Part shown: positions 30,341 through 42,642 of the stretch, piece after piece
Layout of the letters: every line of letters starts with the position of its first letter
Position numbering within the stretch: the stretch's first letter is position 1
Assembly: GCF_000181795.1 (NCBI RefSeq)
Contig: NW_003526945.1
Coordinates: 853,645 to 917,644, forward strand
Source of the DNA: Trichinella spiralis
Lineage: Eukaryota
Direction of reading: 5' to 3'
DNA: 64,000 nt
Translations under genes and position numbers: made by a program
The notes under the pieces: model-generated
Database searches by the model: none
The model's input: only the letters and a program-made list of their open reading frames with translations
What the model was told of the DNA's origin: nothing

Positions 30341-31921
30341 ATGAATCCGAAGAATGTCGTGCCGAAAAACATTCACACTAAGATTCAAATTGATAATGAA
30401 CCAACGAGACCGTTGGTTGAATCTGAATTATCACGCTCTACTGGTAAAAGCTCATCGCAAAATGTTTCCGTTAGTGCGTCAGAAACTAAAATGATTGCAA
30501 ATGAAGAGATTCTTCAGATTTATGCTCATTACTTGAAATCTGGTACGTGTCTCAAGCAGATTAGTGCGGCTTTCCGATCGCATATCTTTAACCTTATGAA
30601 AGAAAGAGCTATGAGAGAAGCGAGCGAAATGGACTCTGGCAGTGTTAGTCGTGCTTCTTTGGAGGCGACGACTGCTTATGTTAATGCTGTGAATGAAATA
30701 CGCCAGCAAACTCAGCAGTCATTTTATGCAACTATTGGGAAAGACAGAATGGATGAAAAAGCAGTTGATGAGAAAAATGTGAATTTCGTTAAAATGGATA
30801 ATGAGAAGAAACAAAGTTTTAGTAAAACGAACTTAGCCAACATTGCACTACCTGTGAATGAAACGGAATATGTGGTAAATCCGTTGTTGAGTCCCGCCAG
30901 CGAAAGGTTCCGTAATCCCACTACAGTCACTAATGTATGCACTCGACTTGACAATTTGAGTGGTATAAGTAATCAACGCTTGAAAGATCGGAAGTTGAAT
31001 AATAGTGGATCTATGCCTCGTATACCTCCAGTCAAATTTCCAGATAAGTCAATGATAGGAAGAAGTGTTGTTTGTCCAAATTTGGAAAATGTTACCGATC
31101 GTAAGCCGGCATCGAAGGATATAGATATGAAGGAACTGATCCATTCTGTATTAAATGCTGCTGTGAATTTGGAGAATGTAGAGCCTGCTCACGACACGCC
31201 TGTTAAAATCTTGATGAACAAAGATTCTCACCGAAGCAAGAAGCCCATTGAGAGCCCCCGCGAAAATGAGAAGGCACGTGCTAGAAAATTAGACAAAATT
31301 CCGAAGGTTCCTAGGAAAAAGCGAACTAATAAAAAAGATCTTGATTTTTCGGAGATTTTGGATTATGAATCTGTAAAAAATCAAGGTAGCAAGCGAATTC
31401 AAATGAGTAGAAAAACAATTTGCAAGATGGTTTCTACTAGTATGACTTTGCCTGAGGACTTTGATACTTTACCGGATTATTTTCTGAGAACTTGGGCAAC
31501 CAATAGCATCATTGACAGTCCCTTGACACGCATCTTAATAAAGGAGAAAAAATTGAATTTGGAAGACGAGCCTGGAATAATAATACCCTATAACGGTTGT
31601 ATACGCGTAATGTCATCTGAAAATGCTGCGGAAAATGTCAACTGGAAGTCACTTAAAACCGAATTTATTCCAGCAAAAGCAGATCAAGCTGAAAACAGAA
31701 AAGGTAATTCAACTGGAAAGGGAAAATATCGTGATCGCGAAAAGGACGAAGATGAGTTGCCGAAACGCCTAAAAGATGGAGCTATACCGTCAGTTTCAGG
31801 TGAAATGAAAAACAGAAAAACTGGTGCCGGTTGCGGAAAAAGCACAGTAAAAGATTCTGTTAGCAAGCAGAATTCCAAGATGCGCTCTGTCACCAAGCCG
31901 GATTCTGTTATAGAGAAATGA
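30341..31921 (+). CDS. Hypothetical 526-aa Lys/Asn/Ser-rich protein, single long exon, no recognised family
   Basis: 1.58-kb open frame in AT-rich DNA. TTTAG acceptor at 30316-30320 upstream of the ATG, so a 5' exon is possible. Confidence 0.8.
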   Translation: MNPKNVVPKNIHTKIQIDNEPTRPLVESELSRSTGKSSSQNVSVSASETKMIANEEILQIYAHYLKSGTCLKQISAAFRSHIFNLMKERAMREASEMDSGSVSRASLEATTAYVNAVNEIRQQTQQSFYATIGKDRMDEKAVDEKNVNFVKMDNEKKQSFSKTNLANIALPVNETEYVVNPLLSPASERFRNPTTVTNVCTRLDNLSGISNQRLKDRKLNNSGSMPRIPPVKFPDKSMIGRSVVCPNLENVTDRKPASKDIDMKELIHSVLNAAVNLENVEPAHDTPVKILMNKDSHRSKKPIESPRENEKARARKLDKIPKVPRKKRTNKKDLDFSEILDYESVKNQGSKRIQMSRKTICKMVSTSMTLPEDFDTLPDYFLRTWATNSIIDSPLTRILIKEKKLNLEDEPGIIIPYNGCIRVMSSENAAENVNWKSLKTEFIPAKADQAENRKGNSTGKGKYRDREKDEDELPKRLKDGAIPSVSGEMKNRKTGAGCGKSTVKDSVSKQNSKMRSVTKPDSVIEK

Positions 31922-32558
31922 GAACGATAACCAGTGATTAAACATGTATTATTGATGTGTAAGTTAGGGAATAGCCTTACGCATTATTTTTAATTGTTGT
32001 GAATTGTTTAAATATTTAATTGTAATGAATGCACTGAACTGAAATGTGAAGCATATTTTATGCTATTAGTAGTGTTCATTTCTATTGTAGTAATGGGTTA
32101 TTATTTTTTCGGTGCATTTAGTTGTCATTCTTGGAAAAAAATAAAAATTGTGTGTAAATTGTTGCATTTTTGAAAAATAATTCATTGATTCTGAATGTAA
32201 ACATGTTCTGCATTAAAATTCGAATGAAATGTTCCTAAAATTGAAAACTTTCTAGATTTAATTTTCATCTCATCAAATAATAATCATTGCACAACATACA
32301 AATAGTACTTTAAATGTTTTCATGACAAGTTTCTGCATTTCATTCAGCGACCATTCAATTAAGTGTGCATTACGATTTTACAATTATCAAATTTGAATTG
32401 AAGAATAACTTCGAAATAAATTAAACTCTATCAGTGTCATTTTGTTTAAAGTTGTCAATGCTAACGTGTTATTTTAAACGTAAAATTGTTTAAAGTGTAG
32501 GCAACGTTTTTGTTTGCTAGAGCAGTTTTCTTCAGTTGTTCTCCAACGACGATACAGA

Positions 32559-32786
32559 ATGTTGCTTCCAATCCTGAGGTTCAAGCAAAGTGCTCTCGCT
32601 TTGGCCTGGTGTGGTATCCTGTGCGTCTGCTTCGCACTGGGATATTGGATTTCCAGAAGAATAATGACGGAATTCGGTAAAAAGAACAGGAAGATACTCA
32701 TTTTTCCCACTGGTGACAATGTGCTTTACGATCCAGCTTCACCAGGTTACACGACGCCGTTGTTAGGCGTCGAATTGTCACAGTAA
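32559..32786 (+). CDS. Putative 75-aa single-pass membrane microprotein
   Basis: ATG ORF MLLPILRFKQSALALAWCGILCVCFALGYWISRRIM... with one hydrophobic segment flanked by basic residues. GC above the flanks; AATAAA downstream (~32937). Confidence 0.5.
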   Translation: MLLPILRFKQSALALAWCGILCVCFALGYWISRRIMTEFGKKNRKILIFPTGDNVLYDPASPGYTTPLLGVELSQ

Positions 32787-34077
32787 AAAGATGTCATCAG
32801 AAGATCATTTAATCTACTGACCCAAGAAGCCAGTCATGGTTTCTTATCGAATCATTTTTATCAAAGTCATTCCACGAAAAGGTTTTGGTGAATTCATTCA
32901 AATACTCTTATTGTATTATTGTTAAAAATTATTGAAAATAAATGTCATTGTATTTTGTTTTGTTTTGAAATAAGTTTAATAAAAATTTTCAAATTTCAAA
33001 GCATCGGTATGTAAATAAATATCTGTCTTGAAATCAACAGTTTGCGGTTACGATTTGAAAACAAAAATCCAAACGTTGAAATAGTAAGAAATTATAAAAG
33101 TTTTTACGTATAAGTATACTGTAATTTCAGGTAATGAAGAATTAAATATGTTTGAACTGTTCGTGAAACGCAGTTGGTTCTGCAATGCAGTTTCATAATA
33201 TTATATAAATATAGGTCTACAAATTCAAATTTGAATGAAATTAAAGTTAAATTCATTTTTCCTAACATGTGTAGACATAGTTCAGCCGCTGCATGTTACA
33301 TTGTTTTTCTTATGTTGCTGGAGTAGTTTTACAAATTGCTAAAGTAGTCTTCAATATGGCGGAATTATCGTCAATTTTGTTTTCATAATCCAAATACGAT
33401 CGTCAAAAGTAAGCATGGATAAGAAGAAAGCATTTCAAGCAAAGAATAATTATTGTTAATAGAATCTGTTTTCTGATGCTGATGACAGTAGATTTTGCAA
33501 CAGTTTGGTTTGTTCCAATGTGTGACAAAGAAGTTCAGTTCGATTAGAAAAGAAAATAAATCAAAATTTGAGAAATAAATTCTTTCTCAGTTGGTCAAAA
33601 AATTAACTGAAAAATTGAGAAAAAGATAATTCAGCTCAACTGACTGATGTTCAAAAAATGTCGCTGTTTACTTTTTTAATCCTTGAAAATCATTATTTAA
33701 TTGTACTTTTGAGCAGATTAAATTTTGCTCATTTTTATTAAAAAATTAATATTCTAAAGTAAGCAATTGTTGATTTGAAAAAGTATTATGACTCTACAAA
33801 ACTCTACGTAGAAAAAAAACAAAAGAAGAAAAAAAAGAATAACAAAAAAGCAGCACATATTTGCAACAATAGCCCGGGGTTTATGAATTTTAGTGGAAAA
33901 AAATCGCCCGTAGTTTTGCATCATTTTATTGTTCAATTTAAACACGTCTGTTGATTTTTTGTATTGAAAAAACCTTGCCTACAGTGTAAATAGGCACCGA
34001 AAACAGAACGAATGTACTGTAGGTTAAGTTTTGTCTTGGCTTTTGCAAGGGGGGAAGGAAAATTTGGAAACTAAAGT

Positions 34078-34925
34078 TCAAACGTAAGACGCGTATTCGT
34101 TAACAGTCAGTCGTTTCCATCGACGGGCTACAATGCTCAGCTTGCTTCCAACTTTCGTATTGGAAAACTGTAACAATATCAATCTTGACACATCGACAAA
34201 CTTTTCACACTCTGAACTTCGACCCAACAGCACATCAATCGTATCTCTGCTGCAAACCTTAAAATTAACATTACTATCAAATTGATATTTTCTTTTTAAA
34301 ATGAATACTTTCCATACTTCATAGCCTTTTTTGAAAACTCTCTCACCGTTAACAAACACCTTCCCTTCCAAGATGAAATCTGTCGCAATTCTATACATAC
34401 ACATACACACACACATATATATATATATATACAATGAAAACAATCTTTTAAAACTACACCGATTAATTGATACATTAATAGAAATGTTTACAAAATGGAA
34501 AACTTTCGCACTTTTTGCTCAAGCCAAAACCAGCTTTAACAACCGAATCAAGCCGTGGATTGAAAATATTCATTCTGATTTTTGTAGAGCCGGCGTATTC
34601 TTCATCCTCGTCGTTGTCGCCACTTTCGTTTGCACTGGTCGCGCTTTCGTCTTCATATTCTTCTTCATTGTCTTCATCCTACAAAAAATACATCTCCTCA
34701 TTTGAATAATTAATAAACTTTTTTTTTGAAAGAGCTAACTTTTCCATGATAAAATTTTCGTTTTTTGAAAACCGTTGCACTGCAGCAAACTAATCTGCAG
34801 CAAGGAATTTGTCGACTTGCCCTTTGTTCGGTTTGAATTGAAGCCGTAAACCAAGAAGCGATCAGTTGATTCTGCTTCCACAAAACACGCTGGTTGAACA
34901 TTCGCCGAAATCCAAAGCGTAGCAT
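34078..34925 (-). CDS. MTRES1: Mitochondrial transcription rescue factor 1 (C6orf203-like, S4-like RNA-binding domain), multi-exon
   Basis: Arg-rich presequence-like MLRFGFRRMFNQR, an acidic linker, then PRLDSVVKAGFGLSK..FILEGKVFVNGERVFKKGYEV..DTIDVLLG..VSRL. Confidence 0.8.
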
Positions 34926-35069
34926 CCGGCTGGAATTCAATTAGATCGAATAAAAAATAAGAACATTTCATCAATCATCAATATAATTGGTCAAAGCGGA
35001 TCAAACCAGCGGGAAATGGAAATTTAATAAAATGATAAACATTTATTATTACTGAGAAAAGTGGTTTTT

Positions 35070-36701
35070 TTATTGTACAATTGACTTCTGCGAATCGAAT
35101 ACACTAGTTCGAAATTCCAACAGGACAGTACGTGAGCTTTGGTCAGTGTTAGCCGACGGTGGGGTGACCGCTTGCATGAACTGTTGCTCGCTGAGAGGAT
35201 TTGAAAAGCGAACTTTAATTTTGCCACTTTTACCAAACCAGCCTTCTATGCGGCCTTCAGTTCTGTGCTCGTCCAACAGCGTCACTTTGCAACCGACAAA
35301 CGGCACCAGGCTAGAAGTTTTGCCGAACATGCCTCGCACAGCTACAGTATGCTGATCGAGAACATTGCATATTGTACCTCGTTTGATTTTCCTCTTGAAA
35401 ACGGGCAACTTTTTCAACCACTCATCAGTGGCCATCATGTGCAACAGTTGACCGTGAAAAGCGATCCGACATGTGCTCACTTCCAACGGTTGGTCCAATT
35501 TCGACGCGATGTACTGGGCTTGATTGAAGCACAAAATCGCCTGCTCAAACTGAACCACCGCATATCTGTGCAAAGGATGCGACAAGTCGCCGGTGTCGGC
35601 CAAATTTGCATCTTCTTGTTTCAAATAATTGCTTTCCCACGCAAATTGACCTGGCTCCGTGGAGCAGCGGCACTTGTCCGGCTCGCAGTGGAAAAAGATA
35701 AATTTGCCAATTACCGTCTCGTAGCCGACAGTGACGTGAAATTTGCTGTTGCTAAGCAACGGATGCTTGTAATGGGCGACTGCAGAAACCGACACAACGC
35801 CGTACTGGATTTTTTGCATACAATTCGCCTCGCACACCACGCCACGTTCCAGGCGACTGGTGTCGAATTGGGCAACGCAAATTCCAGCTCGACTTCCCTG
35901 AGCAATGCTTTCGACGGCTTTGTGGAATATTTGAATTGATTTGATTTTTCGCTTTTCGTTCAACGTTGGAATTTCAACGACCGACTTCACACCAACCGAT
36001 CCACTGATCACCGTGCCGGTCAGCACTGTGCCCTGCCCTTTGATATTGAAGCAGTGGTCAACGTAGAAGAGAAATTTCCCCTCGGCCGAACGATCTGGAC
36101 AATAGACTTGGTCGACCAGGCGGTCAATCAGTGTTTTCAATGTTTGTGATTTTTCCTCTTCGTCCAAAGCTGACACTGGAACCATAGGAACGTCGGCAAA
36201 TGAAGTATTTTGCAAAGTTTTACGCAGGCGTCGTTGGAATTTCTCTATTTTTGCCGCTTTAGCATCATTTGGTAGAAGATCAATTTTGTTCAGCGCTATC
36301 AGCATACGTTTTGGGCAAGTTATATCGGCCAGAACGATACATTCGGCTGTTTGAGGTTGAATACCTTTGCAAATATCGATAACAAGCAACACCATGTCCA
36401 TAATTCGAGATCCACCTATTACAGTACGAAAAAGTGAACCATGACCAGGACAGTCGACCAGCGTTATTTGCAATGTATCATAGTCAGAGAATTTCGATTC
36501 TTTATTTTTCAGCTTCTCTGGAATGTCAACCGAAAATGACGAAAATCCAAGATCTAAAGTTATACCCCGTTGCTTGCTCTGAGGATGTTTGTCAAAGGCG
36601 GCAGTACTGGCGATGGTGCTCAACGCTTTCGCCAATGTTGTTTTGCCCGAGTCGACGTGACCCATAATGCCAACGTTAAAATTGAACGTTCTCTCCGCCA
36701 T
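35070..36701 (-). CDS. EEFSEC: Selenocysteine-specific elongation factor eEFSec (selb-1), intronless
   Basis: FNFNVGIMGHVDSGKTTLAKALSTIASTAAFDKHPQSKQRGITLDLGFS, DCPGH, NKID, VDHCFNIKGQGTVLTG, QGSRAGIC, GRIEGWFGKSGKIKV. Confidence 0.97.
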   Translation of the reverse strand: MAERTFNFNVGIMGHVDSGKTTLAKALSTIASTAAFDKHPQSKQRGITLDLGFSSFSVDIPEKLKNKESKFSDYDTLQITLVDCPGHGSLFRTVIGGSRIMDMVLLVIDICKGIQPQTAECIVLADITCPKRMLIALNKIDLLPNDAKAAKIEKFQRRLRKTLQNTSFADVPMVPVSALDEEEKSQTLKTLIDRLVDQVYCPDRSAEGKFLFYVDHCFNIKGQGTVLTGTVISGSVGVKSVVEIPTLNEKRKIKSIQIFHKAVESIAQGSRAGICVAQFDTSRLERGVVCEANCMQKIQYGVVSVSAVAHYKHPLLSNSKFHVTVGYETVIGKFIFFHCEPDKCRCSTEPGQFAWESNYLKQEDANLADTGDLSHPLHRYAVVQFEQAILCFNQAQYIASKLDQPLEVSTCRIAFHGQLLHMMATDEWLKKLPVFKRKIKRGTICNVLDQHTVAVRGMFGKTSSLVPFVGCKVTLLDEHRTEGRIEGWFGKSGKIKVRFSNPLSEQQFMQAVTPPSANTDQSSRTVLLEFRTSVFDSQKSIVQ

Positions 36702-37672
36702 TTCGTGGGAGCAATCCTACCACCAGTCTACAATAAAACTTGAACAACTAATTGAACAGAACAGCAATGAAAATGTCGATTCTCGTAAAACTGAAAAACC
36801 CGCAGTTGCTTTACTGCAGATTTTTTTTGTTACAAAATTTAAAAACTCTCAAGCAAATCACCTTTGCAAATTCATTCAAAATTTACAAACTTCCATCTCT
36901 ACTCGCACCAGAAATGTATATCGTATGACCCGTTTTTGCGTCCAACTTTATTTCGAAATATTCATTTGTTCTTAACATCAGCTACAGCAACTGCTATTTG
37001 CAACTTTGTTTGACACAACTAGCTAAATGTTATCTTACTTGATTTTTCAATTTTATTTCGATAACTAAAAATATTTTGTTTTATAAAAGAAATTCTTAAA
37101 TGGAAAAAGAAAAAAAATACGTGGACAGTACAAATAAAAAATCAAGGTTAAACTCTTGTTGTACAGTAAGCAATACGAGAGTAATTGCTATGAAAATGAA
37201 ATGAGATTTTTTAAATTTATTTCGTATATTTCATATTAATTTTGAAAAATATGTGCAACTAAATTAACAGTGATAAGATTAAAATATCGAAAATTCATTT
37301 GCAAATTATATTATTCATATTTTTAATGTTCATTACAGATGCATAAATCATTTTTTATATAATTTAATACCTTTCACATGCATAAAATATTTAGATTAAC
37401 AGTGTATTTCAGAATGCTATTTAAAATTAATTTGCAAAAGAACAAGCAAACACGATTAAGCAGTTCGGAGATACGCGATACTAGAAACATAAATGGCAAT
37501 CGTTCTTTGCTTTTACTAGAAAAAAAATACACATACAAAACGCATCAACAAACTATTTTTACTGTAATCAACCCATAAAAAAGTTCAACTTATATAAAAC
37601 AACCGGAATAGAAATTTTGTACTAACTACGGGATAAAAATCACTTCCGAGTTTTCTCCGAAAAGCATATTCA

Positions 37673-40518
37673 TCAAAGTGCTGACGAAGATGGCACTGGA
37701 GTTGTTAACATATATTCCTTTTCGTGCATTTCAGGAGTGTAAGTGCATAAAACAAACAACACCCAGAAGTGAAGTAAAATCTGAAATTGAAACTTCATTT
37801 TTAAATAACATTATACAATCATAATATGCATACCACATAGAACATGAACATAAATCGTGACAGCGGGTATCCAAGTAAAACCGATTCCAACCATTCTCTA
37901 AAATCCAAAATAAATAGATAGAGTAAGGTTTTCACACAAAATAACAAACATATGCATTAATATTCTTACGTAAAAGCAAACAGCCTTAAAATAACAGTAT
38001 TATATACAGCTATCAACTGACTGTTCATCAAACAACTGGGAACGCGTAATCGATTCGCTAAAAATATCAAAATGTAATTTCTTATTTTAATAAATGCTTT
38101 CAAATTGCCGCTTACTGTATTTCGAGAATGAATCGAGCTTACGATAACCGTGATAACGAGCTGTTGAGTCACAGTCTACAGATGTAGCCTGAAATGAATA
38201 ACATATTAAAGATACATTATCAAAAAAAATCCATTTACTTCTAGCCGTTGTAGTTGAAACTGCATTGCTTGCCTTTCAATTTCCATCTGTTCAATAATAT
38301 TTTGTTTTCTAATTAAATTATCCATCAAACTTTTAATACGCGAAGAAGAATCACCATTTGTGCACTGCTTATTAAGAACAACTGAAATCTGCAAGAAATA
38401 TAACGCATAAGAAAGCATTAATTACCAAAAATATCGTCATAATGCAAATTCATACTTCTCTAGTTAAACGGTCAATTTCTTTGTCTTTTTCTTTTAGTTT
38501 CAATTCCAAAGTTTCTTGTACTTCGTGCAACTCTGAACGAGCCGTATGTAACTGCTAAAAAAAACTATATGGCTGCAAAGTTTCGTATTGAATAAAAGGT
38601 ATTAAAAGAGATCATACTTGCTGAAGTTCAGAAATTTTCATACGATACTGAACCGACTGCATGCTTTCCAAATGCAGCTGATCTTCGAGATGCTGAACTT
38701 GATTCATCAATTGTTGCTGTTCAGCCAAAAAACGTGCTTCTAAATCCTAAAATAAAACTCAACATATAATACAAAAATAATAAAAGTACAAAAATAATTC
38801 TTTAATACAGCCTGATTTTTCAACTGATCCAATTGAACATTTGCTTCTAGTGAAGACTGTTGCAACAAATCGGGTTCCGCTTCTGGTGCATCAATAACAT
38901 CCAAAGCCGCAGTACTTTCAGCGTTGTTCGCGTGTTTTAAAGCATCTTCTTTCAAACTTTCAATCATTTTTTCTTTAAACTAAAAACTGCAAAATTGTAA
39001 TAGATATAAAAAGAATATACAGCATACGAAACACAACGAACAAAATATTTCTAGTCATCACCTGCAAAATGTGATTTGCTTTTCCTTTATATATTTCAAA
39101 TTCACTTCTCGCCGCTTCCAGTTCAACTTTCATCTGTGCTAACTGTTTTTCCATAGCATTATTCTTCACTAAAAGCAATGTAAATTTATCACAAATAAAC
39201 ACAAATCACAATGCATACTTTTCTCCTCGTGTAAATTACACAGAGAATCTTTCAACTTCTCCACAGTTTTTACATTTTCATTTTCCATAATTTGCGTCGA
39301 AGCTAATATTTGTCGCTAAAATGTTAAAAAATATAAACAATGCGCCTAAATGATTTCACATTTTACTTCAATTTTACATTAGCGTAAAATCTACTGCATT
39401 GATTATTTAATATTTCTTCAAAAGCTAGCATTTATGTGAAGCTTTTTACGAACCTCTTTTTCCTTAAATGCTTTTCTTTCGTATTCAAGTGACGACTGCA
39501 GATTGCTGATTTGTACATTCAAATTGTTGATCATAAAAAAAGAATCTTCTTTCAATTCTCTGAATTCATAAAAATATGCAAACATATTCCCGCTTTAATT
39601 ATAAATAATACATACTTTTCCAATTCAACTTCATCACGTTCAGTTTTCTTTTGTAATGCATGCTCCAATTCCTGCACGCGACGACGTAGCAAAGCAACCT
39701 GATTGTCCCTGGCTTCCTCTGATCGCAACATTTCTACTAAAATTTCACAATGCACAGCAATTCGAATACTCTTGCTATACTTCAAACTGTGCTAAGAACA
39801 AGCTTAGTCCAGAGTTAAGTTACATTTGTATTATATGTAAATAAAAGCATTAAAGGCTGCAACCTGGCATGCTTTCAACATTTCCAAACTGCCCTCTAGT
39901 TTGTCCAGAAAGCCGAGAACAAGCACTGCCATCACTAGACTGACGGCTGTGGGTATGATAAAATCGATTATTCTGATTTTGGTCTTGTAATAATTCAAAA
40001 GTCATCAAGTCAGGTGTCTGTGACTTTGAAGGTACACTTGAAGTCGCAGATGAATAGCCGGAACTTCTGAAAGATGGCCACAATAAACAACAAATATTTC
40101 AAAAGTATATAATCAAAGTATAACAAGTGGTTCATGCAGAAATCTATTGTAACAAAACTATTCTAGAAAAATTTGTATTAAATGTGCAAGAATGCTCTGT
40201 TGCAGCGTACTCTAAAGAAACAAGCAAAAATACATAACAGTGCACTCTTGAAAACTGATTAAATGAATATTAATCAATTTCTTAGAAATCATCACAACTA
40301 CTATAAAAAATACTGACGCACTTCTGATCATTTTTCAATAGCAATAATTCATTTTCCGAATTGACTCTGGTAATGGCATCGCCTGCATTGCAAACAATTT
40401 TGATTTCATTCAGTTGTTGTGGTTGTAAACTGGGTTTCTGTAATTTTTTTGCTGCAATTTCATCTATTGACTCCAAAAAATTTTCAGCTTTATTTTTTAA
40501 ATCTAGCAACCAAGCCAT
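37673..40518 (-). CDS. GOLGA5: Golgin-84 (GOLGA5)-like coiled-coil, tail-anchored protein, multi-exon
   Basis: N-terminus MAWLLDLKNKAENFLESID, coiled coil with EFEIYKGKANHILQ, RIKSLMDNLIRKQNIIE, C-terminal TM GYPLSRFMFMFYV..LLHFWVLFVLCTYTPEMH. Confidence 0.88.
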
Positions 40519-41990
40519 ATATCACCTCGAATAAATAAAAACGACACTACATACAGTATTTGATAAAGAAGTAGCAATTAGTGTAGAAGTGAATAAGAAT
40601 GAATTAATATTTAATAAGTATATTGAGAATGAAGCGCAAAATTTAATCAATTATGAAAAAAAAATATGTGCCTTTAATAATGACTATAAAACATTCTTTT
40701 TTTATAGAATTATAAAGGAAGAATGGCGATATTCTTCGTTTTTTTAGTAATAATAATTTTGCTTTTTAGCAATCCGTCTTCAAAAATACATAAATTTATT
40801 ATCACACTATCACGGAAACCTGTTTCGGTGATACGGATTATTTGATTATCATATAATTTTGCTCATTCTGAGCATATTTTTTACTGCACGATGTCTTTAC
40901 GATTTACAAGTTTTATAAACTGTTTCAATTATAAATATTTTTTTCAGTTTTATTTTAATTATTTTTTTATTTCAGCTTATTTCAACATTGTTTTTCTTAG
41001 AGATTAACAAAATCTTACTAATCAAAATAAGTTACAAAAATTAATACCGTATACCGCTATGAAGTATTATTTGAACGTGTGAATGAACTTTGCCATATAA
41101 ATAAATATTTTTTGCAGATGTAATGAACGAAATGGCCTCCGTTATTTTCGAAGGTCAGTTATTGTAGTACTAGTGACAGCTGTGAAGCAACAGAGGAAGT
41201 GTTGTTTACTTGCATTATCTATAATTGAAAGACTGCCGATTCAGACAGATTGAATTGAAGCGACCGGACTACAATTAGATTGTTTTAAATATGAATTCGA
41301 TAAACTGTTTATTAGACTGATCACTTAGAACAAAACTGCCATCAGTATGTTGAAATAAATATCAATAATCAGACAAGTGTAAATATAAAGTTCCAATTGT
41401 GTTGATTCCATGTTTGAATCGGTCAGCTTGTGCATGTTTTCGCGCATCTCGCACCAGTGGATCGCTCGTGAACTGCCGTTAGCCGTCAGACAAAATTTTT
41501 GTTGTGGCATTTATTTAGTGGACAAAATAATCCCTATACAAATAATTTTTTCGTTTATTGTCCAGCACTGAAACATGCTTGATTTGCGACGATAAATTTG
41601 GCGCTACTGTATCTACTGCCACCGTTGTTCAAATACTGCTTACTTGACCCATTTTTTGTAAGCAGCTCAGCGCTTACATCATTCATTAAAATGTAATTTT
41701 TATATTTCTGTAGCTGTTTTGTTTATTCAATTAGACGGTTGATTTTTATGAAAAGAATTGAAAATTAGTTTTTCAAGCAATGTCAGCTTTTAAAAAACAA
41801 TTACTCTTGAAAATAAAAAGTTACTGTCGTGGATAACAGCGAGTATTTTTATGTTAATCCTGGCAACATTTTAATATAAGAGGGTTGTTTGTTATTTTGC
41901 GATATATTTCAGTCAAAATTGATTCACCTTTTCGAATTGTTAATTGGTTGAAAATTGTATTTTTTATAATCTGAATATATTAGACGAGTG

Positions 41991-42350
41991 ATGTTCCAAT
42001 GCTTGTCATCGAAGAATGTGACTGACAAAGAAGTTTACGAACGACTCAAAGAATACAGATCATCAGGTATTCCTTTGGGAATGGAATTCCGTACAGATCA
42101 TTATTGGTTCTATTTTTTGACTTTTCCATGTGGTGAGAAAACTATGGAAGAAATGGCTGAAGCCGTGAAGGAGTTGAAATTGTTAGAATTAACAGAAGTG
42201 GAAATCGTGCAGATTATAAACCAGCGACCAACAACCATAGCCGAAACTATGCCGTTATTTGAAGATCCAGACGTTAGAGAAGATAGTTTCTATGAGAAAA
42301 TAATGGCAATAGTGGCCAAGTATTTGGGTGTGACTGGATTGTCAATTTGA
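41991..42350 (+). CDS. CRCP: RNA polymerase III subunit RPC9/C17 (CRCP, Rpb4/HRDC family)
   Basis: VTDKEVYERLKE...TFPC...ELTEVEIVQIINQRPTT resembles the LSNYEV / LTKAEKLQLLNHRP pattern of RPC9. Confidence 0.75.
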   Translation: MFQCLSSKNVTDKEVYERLKEYRSSGIPLGMEFRTDHYWFYFLTFPCGEKTMEEMAEAVKELKLLELTEVEIVQIINQRPTTIAETMPLFEDPDVREDSFYEKIMAIVAKYLGVTGLSI

Positions 42351-42642
42351 TCAGCGAATGTAAAATGTTACATTGCATGTTTGCGATTTTTATTATAAAG
42401 TTCAAAATTAAAGATATGATTCAATTATACCGATTTGTTTATTGTATAAGCGAAAATGTTATAAAGTTAAAAAGAAATTTCATGTAAAACAGCATGTTAC
42501 AGCGTGAAGAGCTGTTTGTTTAATGCTTTTCTGCAAATTAATTATTATAGTTGCACTTTTATTGACAAGTGATAAATTTTGCGACAATTTCAATTTCACA
42601 TCTGTGCAAGGTTCAGCGTAATTATTGTAGGATTAGAATATT

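Noticed and set aside
35265..35939. 224-aa plus-strand ORF antisense to eEFSec
   Set aside because: Shadow frame of a GC-rich CDS with a non-ATG start and no recognisable motifs.
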